Source: Alphaproteobacteria bacterium
Lineage (GTDB): Bacteria; Pseudomonadota; Alphaproteobacteria; UBA828
Length of the DNA: 64,000 nt
Direction of reading: 5' to 3'
NCBI GenBank assembly: GCA_965237415.1
Contig: CBDEFM010000002.1
Span: 3,136,001 to 3,200,000 of the forward strand
The notes beneath the pieces were generated by a model. That model saw only the letters and a program-made list of their open reading frames with translations, did no database searches and was not told the origin of the DNA. Shown in pieces: positions 19,391 to 28,197 of this stretch (position 1 is its first letter; the number at the start of each line of letters is the position of its first letter). A program made the position numbers and the translations under genes.

Positions 19391-20668
19391 ATGCGCACCG
19401 CTGACCGGGCGCGCAGAGTGGTGGTCACTGGCGTCGGCATGGTGTCGCCGCTGGCAAACGGCGTCCGCCTGAGCTGGGAGCGGCTCATCGCAGGCCGCTC
19501 GGGCATCGCGCAAATCCAGGGATTCGATCCCTCCGACCTGCCGGTCAAGATCGCGGGCGAGATCCCGTCCGGCGACGATGCGGGCGCGTTCCGCCCGGCC
19601 GACATCGTGCCGACCAAGGACCTGCGCAAGATGGACGACTTCATCGTCTATGCGCTTTGTGCTGCGGTGGAAGCGGTCGAGGATTCCGGGTGGACGCCCG
19701 AGGACGAAGAGAGCCTGGAGCGGACCGGCGTGATGATCGGCTCCGGGATCGGCGGCCTCAAGACCATCGAGGCGGCGACCATCCTCGTCTCCCAGAAGGG
19801 CTACAGGCGGCTCAGCCCGTTCTTCATCCCGTCGAGCCTGATCAATCTGGCGTCGGGGCACGTGTCGATCCGTTACGGATTTCGCGGGCCCAATCATTCG
19901 GTGGTGACGGCGTGCTCGACCGGGGCGCATGCAATCGGCGATGCAACGCACCTCATCCTGCGCGGCGATGCGGATGTCATGGTCGCCGGCGGCGCGGAGG
20001 CAGGGGTCTGCCATCTCGGAGTCGCCGGCTTCGCCGCGGCTCGCGCGCTCTCCACCAATTTCAACGATACGCCGGAGCGCGCATCCCGCCCGTGGGACGA
20101 GGCACGCGACGGGTTCGTGATGGGCGAGGGCGCCGGCGTCGTGGTGCTGGAAGAGTACGAGCACGCGAAGGCGCGGGACGCCACGATCTATGCCGAGATC
20201 ATCGGCTACGGCATGAGCGGCGATGCCCACCACGTGACCGCGCCGGCGCCGGACGGCTCGGGCGGCTACCGCTCCATGGTGCACGCGCTCAGGACCGCAG
20301 AGCTCAACACCGACGAAATCGACTACATCAACGCGCACGGGACCTCGACGCCGCTCGGCGACGAAATCGAGCTGGGCGCCGTCAAGCGCCTCTTCGGCGA
20401 AGACGCCGGTCAGCTCGCGATGTCATCGACCAAGTCGTCCACCGGGCATCTGCTCGGCGCGGCGGGCAGCGTGGAGCTGATCTTCTCCATCCTCGCCATC
20501 AACCACGGCGTGGTCCCGCCGACGCTCAATCTCGATAATCCCTCGCCGGGCTGCGATCTCAATCTCGTCCCGCACGAGGCTCAGGAGCGCAAGGTCGAGC
20601 GCGCGCTGTCCAACTCCTTCGGATTCGGCGGCACCAACGCCTCGGTCATCGTGGGCCGGCCCACCTAG
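19391..20668 (+). CDS. fabF: Beta-ketoacyl-ACP synthase II
   Basis: VTACSTG, NAHGTST, GHLLGAAG, SNSFGFGGTN. Confidence 0.97.
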   Translation: MRTADRARRVVVTGVGMVSPLANGVRLSWERLIAGRSGIAQIQGFDPSDLPVKIAGEIPSGDDAGAFRPADIVPTKDLRKMDDFIVYALCAAVEAVEDSGWTPEDEESLERTGVMIGSGIGGLKTIEAATILVSQKGYRRLSPFFIPSSLINLASGHVSIRYGFRGPNHSVVTACSTGAHAIGDATHLILRGDADVMVAGGAEAGVCHLGVAGFAAARALSTNFNDTPERASRPWDEARDGFVMGEGAGVVVLEEYEHAKARDATIYAEIIGYGMSGDAHHVTAPAPDGSGGYRSMVHALRTAELNTDEIDYINAHGTSTPLGDEIELGAVKRLFGEDAGQLAMSSTKSSTGHLLGAAGSVELIFSILAINHGVVPPTLNLDNPSPGCDLNLVPHEAQERKVERALSNSFGFGGTNASVIVGRPT

Positions 20669-20679
20669 TCTGGATTGCG

Positions 20680-21675
20680 ATGAGGCGCGCCGTCCTATGG
20701 CCGCTGACGGGGTTGGCGGTCCTGGTCGGCCTCGCCGTCGTCCTGGCGATCGCAGGTTGGCTCTACGTCCACAGCCAATTCGACACGCCGGGGCCCGCGC
20801 GCGACGAGCGCACCGTTGTCCTGCCCCAGGGGCTGGGTGCCTTCGACATCGCCGACCGGCTCGCGGAGGCCGGCGTCATCGACGATCCGGTGCTTTTCGT
20901 GGCCGGGCTCTGGATCGAGGACAAGCAGCACGCGCTCAAGGCTGGCGAGTACGTGTTCGAGGCGCTGGTCACGCCGCGCGGCGTGATGGAGAAGCTGGTC
21001 GCCGGCGACACCGTCGCGCACCGGTTCACCGCCAAGGAGGGCATGACCAGTGCCGAGGTCGTGGCCGCGCTCAACGCCGCACCGGGGCTCGAAGGCGAGA
21101 TCGAGAAGGTGCCGGACGAAGGGTCGCTGTTGCCCGAGACCTATCACTATGCGCTCGGCGACAGCCGGGCCGTGCTGATCGAGCGCATGCAGCACGCCAT
21201 GGCGCGCGTCGTCGACGAGCTGTGGCAGGCGCGTGACCCGGCGGTCGGCCTCGACGATGCCGATCAGGCGGTGGTGCTCGCCTCCATCGTCGAGAAGGAG
21301 ACAGCCGTCGCCGAGGAACGCCCCCTGATCGCCGGCGTCTTCCTCAACCGGTTGCGCCAGGGCATGCGGCTTCAGGCCGACGCCACCGTGATCTACGCGG
21401 TAACCGGCGGCAAGCGTCCCTTGGGGCGGCCGCTTTCCCGCGCAGACCTCAGGGTCGAGAGCCCGTACAACACTTATCGCAATGGCGGCCTGCCGCCGGG
21501 ACCCATCGCCAATCCCGGTCGGGCAGCGCTCGCCGCGGTCCTGAATCCGGCCGAGACGGACGCGCTCTATTTCGTCGCCGACGGCTCCGGCGGGCACGCG
21601 TTCGCGGAGACCCTGGACGAGCACAACCGCAACGTTGCGCGCTGGCGCGCCAAGCGCCGTGCGACAAAGAATTAG
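20680..21675 (+). CDS. mltG: Endolytic murein transglycosylase
   Basis: LASIVEKET, MRLQAD, SPYNTY, GLPPGPIANPG. Confidence 0.95.
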   Translation: MRRAVLWPLTGLAVLVGLAVVLAIAGWLYVHSQFDTPGPARDERTVVLPQGLGAFDIADRLAEAGVIDDPVLFVAGLWIEDKQHALKAGEYVFEALVTPRGVMEKLVAGDTVAHRFTAKEGMTSAEVVAALNAAPGLEGEIEKVPDEGSLLPETYHYALGDSRAVLIERMQHAMARVVDELWQARDPAVGLDDADQAVVLASIVEKETAVAEERPLIAGVFLNRLRQGMRLQADATVIYAVTGGKRPLGRPLSRADLRVESPYNTYRNGGLPPGPIANPGRAALAAVLNPAETDALYFVADGSGGHAFAETLDEHNRNVARWRAKRRATKN

Positions 21676-21693
21676 CGGCAGCGAGGCGCTGGG

Positions 21694-22593
21694 ATGAAAA
21701 ACACGATCGGCATTTCCAGCATGACCGGGTTCGCCCGTGCGAGCGGCGGCGACGGCGCGTCCGGCTGGAGCTGGGAGGTCAAGAGCGTGAACGGGCGGGC
21801 GCTGGATGTCCGCTGCCGCCTGCCGCAAGGGCTGGAACGGCTCGACCCGGCGGTGCGCACTGCGGTGTCTCTGCGGCTCAGGCGCGGCAATGTCACGGTA
21901 GGGCTCAGGCTCTCCCAGGCGCCGGACGCTGCCGCCATGCGCGTCAACAGGGCTTGGCTCGACGAGCTGATCGCGCTCGCCGCCGACTATCGCACGCATG
22001 AAGGCATCGAGCCGCCGCGCCTCGACGGCATGCTGACGTTGCGCGGCGTGATCGAGTCTGCCGAGCGGCCCGAAGACGACGCGAACACTGGCCTGGACGA
22101 CGGCGCTCTGCTGGAGACGCTCGAGGCCGCGCTCGCGGAGCTGGTGCGCGAGCGGCAGGCCGAGGGGGCTCAGCTCGCGGCCGCGCTCACGGAGCGGATC
22201 GAGGAGATCGCAGCGCTCACACTTCGTGCCGAGGCGCTGGTGCCGTCGCGCCAGGAGGCCCTTGGCGCGCGGCTGCGTGAGCAGGTGACGGCATTGATCG
22301 GCGCCGGTGCGCCGGTTCCCGAAGATCGACTGGCGGCGGAGCTCGCTATGCTGGCCGTCAAGATCGACGTGACCGAGGAGATCGACCGGTTGAAATCCCA
22401 TTGCGCGGCGGCGGAGCGCCACCTGCAGGAAGAGGGAGCCGTCGGACGCAAGCTCGATTTTCTCGCTCAGGAGTTCAACCGCGAGGCCAACACCCTTTGT
22501 TCCAAGGCCTCCCATGCCGTGCTCACGGATGTCGGCCTCGCGATCAAGGCCGCAATCGACCAGTTTCGAGAGCAGGCGCAGAACGTCGAATAG
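21694..22593 (+). CDS. yicC: YicC/YloC endoribonuclease
   Basis: SMTGFAR, GRKLDFLAQEFNREANTLCSK, REQAQNVE. Confidence 0.95.
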   Translation: MKNTIGISSMTGFARASGGDGASGWSWEVKSVNGRALDVRCRLPQGLERLDPAVRTAVSLRLRRGNVTVGLRLSQAPDAAAMRVNRAWLDELIALAADYRTHEGIEPPRLDGMLTLRGVIESAERPEDDANTGLDDGALLETLEAALAELVRERQAEGAQLAAALTERIEEIAALTLRAEALVPSRQEALGARLREQVTALIGAGAPVPEDRLAAELAMLAVKIDVTEEIDRLKSHCAAAERHLQEEGAVGRKLDFLAQEFNREANTLCSKASHAVLTDVGLAIKAAIDQFREQAQNVE

Positions 22594-22607
22594 AGATCGA
22601 ATAGAGA

Positions 22608-23276
22608 ATGAGCGCGTCGGCCAACAATCCCGTCCTAGGGCGCCGCGGCCTCCTGCTGGTGCTGTCCTCGCCCTCCGGCGCCGGCAAGACGACGATCACC
22701 CGCCGTCTGGTCGAGCTCGAAGGCGATGACGTCGCGATCTCGGTCTCCCACACCACACGGCCGAAACGGCCGGACGAGATCGACGGCCGGGACTATCACT
22801 TTGTCGACAAGGCCGGGTTCGCGCGTCTGCGGGAGCGCGGGGAATTCCTCGAGAGCGCGGAGGTGTTCGGCCACCGGTACGGCTCTGCACGCGACCCGGT
22901 TGAGAGCGCGCTCGATGCCGGCCGCGACGTCGTCTTCGATATCGACTGGCAGGGGAGCCAGCAGCTGGCCGAGGCGGTGCGGGACGATCTGGTCAGCGTC
23001 TTCATCCTGCCGCCGTCCCTGGAAGCGCTCGAGCAGCGGCTGAATCGCCGCGCCCAGGACAGCCCCGCCGTGGTCGCGCAGCGCATGAGCCGCGCCGGCG
23101 ACGAGATGCGCCACTACGACGAGTACGACTATGTGGTGGTCAACACCGCGCTGGAGCGGGCCGTTGAGGAGGTGCGCTCGATCCTCCGGGCCGAGCGGCT
23201 GCGCCGGGATCGCCTGAGGGGGCTCGACGATTTCGTGCGGCGGCTCACGGCCGGCACGGAGCCGGCACGGGGCTGA
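22608..23276 (+). CDS. gmk: Guanylate kinase
   Basis: SSPSGAGKTT, SHTTRPKRPDE, FDIDWQG. Confidence 0.97.
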   Translation: MSASANNPVLGRRGLLLVLSSPSGAGKTTITRRLVELEGDDVAISVSHTTRPKRPDEIDGRDYHFVDKAGFARLRERGEFLESAEVFGHRYGSARDPVESALDAGRDVVFDIDWQGSQQLAEAVRDDLVSVFILPPSLEALEQRLNRRAQDSPAVVAQRMSRAGDEMRHYDEYDYVVVNTALERAVEEVRSILRAERLRRDRLRGLDDFVRRLTAGTEPARG

Positions 23277-23760
23277 GGGGCGTGACCGCGCCCTCGGCGT
23301 CGCCGAGGGCGCCGGGGACGAGTTCAAGCGCGAGCAGCCGGCGCGGCTCGTCGAGGCCGGGCAGGGTGATTCCGTAGCGCGCCGCGCTCATGAAGCCGAA
23401 GCGGCCGAGAAAGCTCGGCGTGCCGACCGCGACGACGGCGGTGTGGCCCTCCGCCGCAACCCTTTCGAGCGCGGCCCGCACCAGGAGGCTGCCTAACCCG
23501 CGCCGTTCGTGAGCCGGATCCACGGCGATGGGCCCAAGCAGGAGCGCCGATCGCGCCTCGCCGACCCGTACTGGCCAGTGGCGGATCGTGCCGAGGATGC
23601 GCCCCTCGGTGAGGGCGACGAGGCAGAGGTTGCGCACTGGCGGGGCGCCTTCACGCAAGCGGTAGGAAGGGCGGGCCAGGCGATCGGCGCCGAACGCGCG
23701 GTCCAGCAGGGCCTCGATCTGCGGGCCGTCCTGCGGCCCCTCGGTACGAATGGAAGGCAT
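23245..23760 (-). CDS. GNAT N-acetyltransferase (YhbS-like)
   Basis: LLDRAFG, LLGPIAVDPAHERRGLGSLL. Confidence 0.85.
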   Translation of the reverse strand: MPSIRTEGPQDGPQIEALLDRAFGADRLARPSYRLREGAPPVRNLCLVALTEGRILGTIRHWPVRVGEARSALLLGPIAVDPAHERRGLGSLLVRAALERVAAEGHTAVVAVGTPSFLGRFGFMSAARYGITLPGLDEPRRLLALELVPGALGDAEGAVTPLSPVPAPCRP

Positions 23761-23910
23761 GTCAGCTCAGCTCTCGACGACGGACGGACGCGATGGTGAT
23801 GCCGCCGTGCCGATGGCGCGGCGGTGTCAGCCGTCTCGTCGTCGCTCGCGAGCAAAGCGTCTCATGACGGTCCGCTGACTAAGCCGTGCCGGCCGCGTTG
23901 GCAAGCAGAA

Positions 23911-24792
23911 TTACCGCCTGACCGCCCGCTGCTGCGTCGACCAGGCGCGAGCCAGTGCGCAGAATTGCGCGACCGAGAGCGTCTCGGCCCGCGCCTCGGG
24001 CGGAATGCCGGCGTTCTGAAGCAGGGTCTGAGGGTCCTTGGTGAGGCCGCGAAGGGCGCGGCGCAGCATCTTCCTGCGCTGGCCGAACGCCGCACGGGTC
24101 ACGGCGTCGAGCGCGTCGGGGTCCGCCGGCGCGAGCGTCTCGGCCCTCGGCACCAGGCGCACCACCGCAGACGTCACGGCGGGCGGCGGCACGAAGGCAC
24201 GCGGGCTCACGTCGAACAGCCGCTCGCAGGTGCAAAGCCACTGCGCGCGCACTGAGAGACCGCCGTAGTCCCGCCCCCCTGTCGCGGTGATCCTTTGCGC
24301 GACCTCCTTTTGGAACATGAGGGTCATGCTGTCGAGACGCTCGACCCGGTCCAGCCAGCGCAGCAGAAGCCGCGTACCGACGTTATAGGGAAGGTTCGCC
24401 ACGATCCCGATGCGGGTGCGGCCCAGGGTCGCGATGTCGAAGGCGAGCGCGTCGCCCTCAATGACCTCGAGCCGGTCGGGATACCGCGCCGCAAGCTCGC
24501 CGAGTGCGGCCACGCAACGGCGGTCCTTTTCGACCGCGACGACGCGGGCCGCGCCGGCTGCGAGCAGCGCCCGGGTCAGCCCGCCCGGCCCTGGCCCCAC
24601 CTCCAGTATGACGGCTGGCGTGCGCGGCCGGGCTGCGTGCGCGATCTTCCCGCAGAGTCCGGGGTCGAGGAGGAAGTGCTGCCCGAGCGCGCGCCTGGGC
24701 CGCAGGTCGTGCCGGGCGATGACGGCAGAGAGCGGCGGCAGCGGGGTGTCATGCCCGCCGTCTGCCGCAGCGGGGGCGCCTGCGCCGGTCAA
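23911..24792 (-). CDS. rsmA: 16S rRNA m6,2A dimethyltransferase
   Basis: LGQHFL, EVGPGPGGLT, ANLPYNV, MFQKEVA, AFGQRRKML. Confidence 0.97.
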   Translation of the reverse strand: MTGAGAPAAADGGHDTPLPPLSAVIARHDLRPRRALGQHFLLDPGLCGKIAHAARPRTPAVILEVGPGPGGLTRALLAAGAARVVAVEKDRRCVAALGELAARYPDRLEVIEGDALAFDIATLGRTRIGIVANLPYNVGTRLLLRWLDRVERLDSMTLMFQKEVAQRITATGGRDYGGLSVRAQWLCTCERLFDVSPRAFVPPPAVTSAVVRLVPRAETLAPADPDALDAVTRAAFGQRRKMLRRALRGLTKDPQTLLQNAGIPPEARAETLSVAQFCALARAWSTQQRAVRR

Positions 24793-25757
24793 ATGCGTAC
24801 GTTGATGAATGCCGAGCGGTGCAGGTCGCGCGCGTAACGCCGGGCGAGCATCTCCAGTCTGCGCTGGCCGATCTCCTGTCGGATCGCCTCCCGATCGGGG
24901 CCGGCGGCGGGCGCGTCCGAAAGCACCGTGCGGCGGTCGATCAGCGAGACGATGGTGTAGCCGTCGAATGCCCGCACCGGAGGGGCGACCGACCCCGGTT
25001 CCAATTGCACCAGAGCGGCCTCGATCTCGCTCGGGAGCTCCCCTTCGAGAACCCAGCCGATGTCGCCGCCGACGGCGGCCGTGGCGCTTTGCGAAAACTG
25101 GCTGGCGATCTGGGCAAAGCTGGCGCCAGCCGCCAGCTGCTCGTAGAGACTCGTGGCGGCGGCGCGGACCTCGCCCTCCCGCTCCCTCGATTCAACCGCC
25201 AGGAAGATCTCGGCGACACGATATTCGGGACGCCCCCGATTAGCTTCGAGCCGGGCGAGCGCCTCGTCGATTTCGCCTTCTCCGACCGAAACCGCAGCGC
25301 CCAGGCGGCCGCGCACGAGCTTGGACCAGAGGATCTCCGCCCGAAGCTGATCCGTGACGGCGGCGACATCCAGCCTCTGGCTCCTTAGAAAATCATCTAA
25401 ACCGCCGGCGGCGATTCCGTTGCGTTGCTCGACGCTCCGCCGCGCATTCGCCATCTCAGCCTCGCTGACCGTCACGCCAAGACGCTCCGCTTCCTGTACC
25501 TTCAGTCGTTCGTCGATCAGTGAGCGAAGCACTTGGGGCGCGAGCTGCCGGCGCAGCTCTTCGCTGACCCGCAGGCGGGATGCCACGACGGCGATATCGA
25601 TACGCGCCACGAGATCGGGGATCGAAATTGCCTCGTTGTTGACCACGGCGGCGATCCCCACGGTCTCCTGGGCGCCCGCACGGTCCGCAGGCGCGAGCAA
25701 AATTGGTAGCAGTGCGAGCAGCAGTAAAGCTGCCCTTGCGATCGATGGAACTTTCAC
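24789..25757 (-). CDS. surA: SurA-like chaperone/peptidylprolyl isomerase
   Basis: IAAVVNNEAI, FAQIASQFSQ..GGDIGW; position downstream of lptD. Confidence 0.85.
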   Translation of the reverse strand: MKVPSIARAALLLLALLPILLAPADRAGAQETVGIAAVVNNEAISIPDLVARIDIAVVASRLRVSEELRRQLAPQVLRSLIDERLKVQEAERLGVTVSEAEMANARRSVEQRNGIAAGGLDDFLRSQRLDVAAVTDQLRAEILWSKLVRGRLGAAVSVGEGEIDEALARLEANRGRPEYRVAEIFLAVESREREGEVRAAATSLYEQLAAGASFAQIASQFSQSATAAVGGDIGWVLEGELPSEIEAALVQLEPGSVAPPVRAFDGYTIVSLIDRRTVLSDAPAAGPDREAIRQEIGQRRLEMLARRYARDLHRSAFINVRI

Positions 25758-25764
25758 GGCCGCC

Positions 25765-27927
25765 TCAGCCCGCCTGTTTCAGTATTACGGTCAGGTGCCA
25801 TATCGTGTCCGGCTCGATGTCCCGGTCGCGGGTGAAGGAACGCGAGATCCCTGTGTTGATGAGAATACACTCATCTTCATAGGAAAGACCGGCTCTCCAA
25901 TTAATGGAAGTGTTGTCCTCGACATCGCGGCGGATCCCGGATGAGAACGTCCAGTTGTCGAAGGGCTTCGTCGTGAAACTCGCGTGCGCCTCCCTGCCGC
26001 CGCCGACGTCTCCCATCATACTCGTTGGCTGTCGGTGCAGGTCGACGAAGCCGATCCTGCCCCGCAGCCAGCTTGGCCCGGCTGCGAGGTCGATCTCGTT
26101 GCGCCTGACGGCGGCGTCGCGATGGTCGAGACGAAACCGCAAAGAGAGATCGATCAAGGGCGATGGCTGCATGAGGATGTGCCCGACAAAGTCGGAGAGC
26201 TGATGTTCGAGCCCGCTGCCGGGTTCGAACAGCGGATTCTTCCTGTCCCGGACGCTCTGGCCGAACAGCGCGGTCGCCCGGCCACCTTCCGGCCCAAAGA
26301 AGCCGAGGCGCACCCCGTAGTTGATGCGCCTCCCGGTCTCGATGCGGTCGAGGCCGGTGAAGCGGTTGGTGCTGAACAGATTGGTGTGATCGAACTCGAG
26401 GTCGCGGCTGTCCTCATTGGGAATATTGTATGAATTGCCACCGTCCGGGCTGACGACGCCTTGCACGATCGGCTCGATGAGCTGGCGGATCGAACCGAGC
26501 CGCGAGATGAGCGGATAGCGCCATTCCACCGCGAGCTGCGGCAAGAACCGCGCGGTCGTATCGCTCTTCATGGCGCCCGACGGATGCTCGCGGTCGACCG
26601 GCGTATAGGCGTGATAGAGGTCGCCGCGCAGGCTCGCGTCGATGCGGATGAGGTGCCCCCCGGCCAGAATCATCGGCCGGTGCCAGCCGCCGGCGATGGA
26701 AAGCCGCCGGCTGTCAGTTCCATCGAGGCGCTCCAGAATCATGAGATTGGTGTCGAGCGTGGCGTAGCCGCCGGCGTAGTCGGGCGCGGTCACCAGGCTC
26801 GCTTCGAGCAGGGGGAGAACGATGGGGCTCTGATCGCTCTGATCTCCAGCCCGAAGGCTCTGGAACAGGTAGCTATGGCCCGACAAGAAGCTGCGCTGAC
26901 TGTATCGTTCCGCAAATAGGGTCGTGACCAGCTCGTCCTCCGACGAAATGTCGTAGCGGTTCAGATACGTGTCGTCGAGGGCGCGCTCCAGATTGAAGCC
27001 CCACCGCCAGGTCTCGTCGATATCGAAACGCCCGTGGCCGAAGACATGCCCGCGCAGCCTGTTGCCGTCCTCTGCGGCGGTGCTGGCCTGGGTGATGCTG
27101 GCATCGATGGCGAATTCGCCGTCTCGCGTGCGCTCGCGGTACTCGCCCGCCAGCACGACCCCCTCTTCGGAGGTGAAACGCGGCAAAAAGGTCGCATCCC
27201 GGTGGGGCGCGATCGACCAGTGATAGGGTATCGTCACGTCCGCGCCGAGGGCCCTTGAGCTCCGATAGAGCGGCGACAGGAAGCCGGACTGACGGGTTAC
27301 GCTTGGATCGGGATGGCGGAAGTAGGGCGTGTAGAAGACGGGAACGCCGAAGAACTCGAGCGACGCATCGTAGTATGTGAGATCGTGATCGGCTTGATCG
27401 TGGACCACCGTACCGGCCTTGAGCTGCCAGAGCGGCGCCCGGGCGGGTTCGTCGGCGCAGAGCTCGCAAGGGGAAAACACCGCCTTCCGCATTACCGTGC
27501 GGTTACCGTCGAAGCGCCTGGCGCCGCCCGCAACGATCCGCGAATTGTCCGTCAACAGCACGCTCAGGCGGCGAATCACGCCGCTCCTCAAGTCACCGGT
27601 AAGCTCGACGGAATCGGCGAACAACACCTCACCGCCCGGCTCTCGCAGCGCGACGTCGCCGGTTGCGGTCACGACGCCATCGCTTTGCCTGTAGCGGATA
27701 CGCGCGGCACGCAGAACGCGCTCGCCCTGGGCGAGCTCGACATTGCCGGTTGCGATGATCGAATCGGTGTCTTCGTCATAAGTCAGCTCATCGGCGGTCA
27801 TCAGGAGATCGCCTGTGAGCAGGTCATCGACGCGCGGCCCGGAATCGGCCTCCTGCGCGCGCGCCTCCAGCGCGGAGAGGGCCAGGAGACACGCGAGAGC
27901 GAGCGGCGCGAGGGCCTTAACCCGCAT
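25765..27927 (-). CDS. lptD: LPS assembly outer-membrane protein LptD (start codon lies inside repeat copy 2)
   Basis: FSPCELC, PVFYTPY, RQSGFL, PNEDS, NRFTGLDRIE, YEDEC. Confidence 0.95.
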   Translation of the reverse strand: MRVKALAPLALACLLALSALEARAQEADSGPRVDDLLTGDLLMTADELTYDEDTDSIIATGNVELAQGERVLRAARIRYRQSDGVVTATGDVALREPGGEVLFADSVELTGDLRSGVIRRLSVLLTDNSRIVAGGARRFDGNRTVMRKAVFSPCELCADEPARAPLWQLKAGTVVHDQADHDLTYYDASLEFFGVPVFYTPYFRHPDPSVTRQSGFLSPLYRSSRALGADVTIPYHWSIAPHRDATFLPRFTSEEGVVLAGEYRERTRDGEFAIDASITQASTAAEDGNRLRGHVFGHGRFDIDETWRWGFNLERALDDTYLNRYDISSEDELVTTLFAERYSQRSFLSGHSYLFQSLRAGDQSDQSPIVLPLLEASLVTAPDYAGGYATLDTNLMILERLDGTDSRRLSIAGGWHRPMILAGGHLIRIDASLRGDLYHAYTPVDREHPSGAMKSDTTARFLPQLAVEWRYPLISRLGSIRQLIEPIVQGVVSPDGGNSYNIPNEDSRDLEFDHTNLFSTNRFTGLDRIETGRRINYGVRLGFFGPEGGRATALFGQSVRDRKNPLFEPGSGLEHQLSDFVGHILMQPSPLIDLSLRFRLDHRDAAVRRNEIDLAAGPSWLRGRIGFVDLHRQPTSMMGDVGGGREAHASFTTKPFDNWTFSSGIRRDVEDNTSINWRAGLSYEDECILINTGISRSFTRDRDIEPDTIWHLTVILKQAG

Positions 27928-28183
27928 TTCTCACCACGATCATGGTCTGCGCGTCGCTGTCCAGCCTGCAGGGAAGGAAAGCCGCGCAGCGCGATGTGGG
28001 GCATCGGGCAGCGGCTTGACGCTCCCTGCAGGCTGGACAGCGACGCCCTTCGGGTCGCACCCAGGCGCCCGCCCGCGTCGTTGCGGGCCTCAACCGTATT
28101 CCCCGATACGCTCTTCGGCCCGCTCCTGGCGGATCGAGCGCCTGGGCGCGACGCAGGCCGTGACCGTGGTGAGAAATGCGGGT
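27920..28183 (-). repeat. Palindromic MITE-like repeat, full copy 2 (264 bp) inserted at the lptD 5' end
   Basis: ACCCGCATTTCTCACCACG ... CGTGGTGAGAAATGCGGGT; reverse complement is colinear with 12781-13045. Confidence 0.9.
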
Positions 28184-28197
28184 TCATCATGCCGGCG

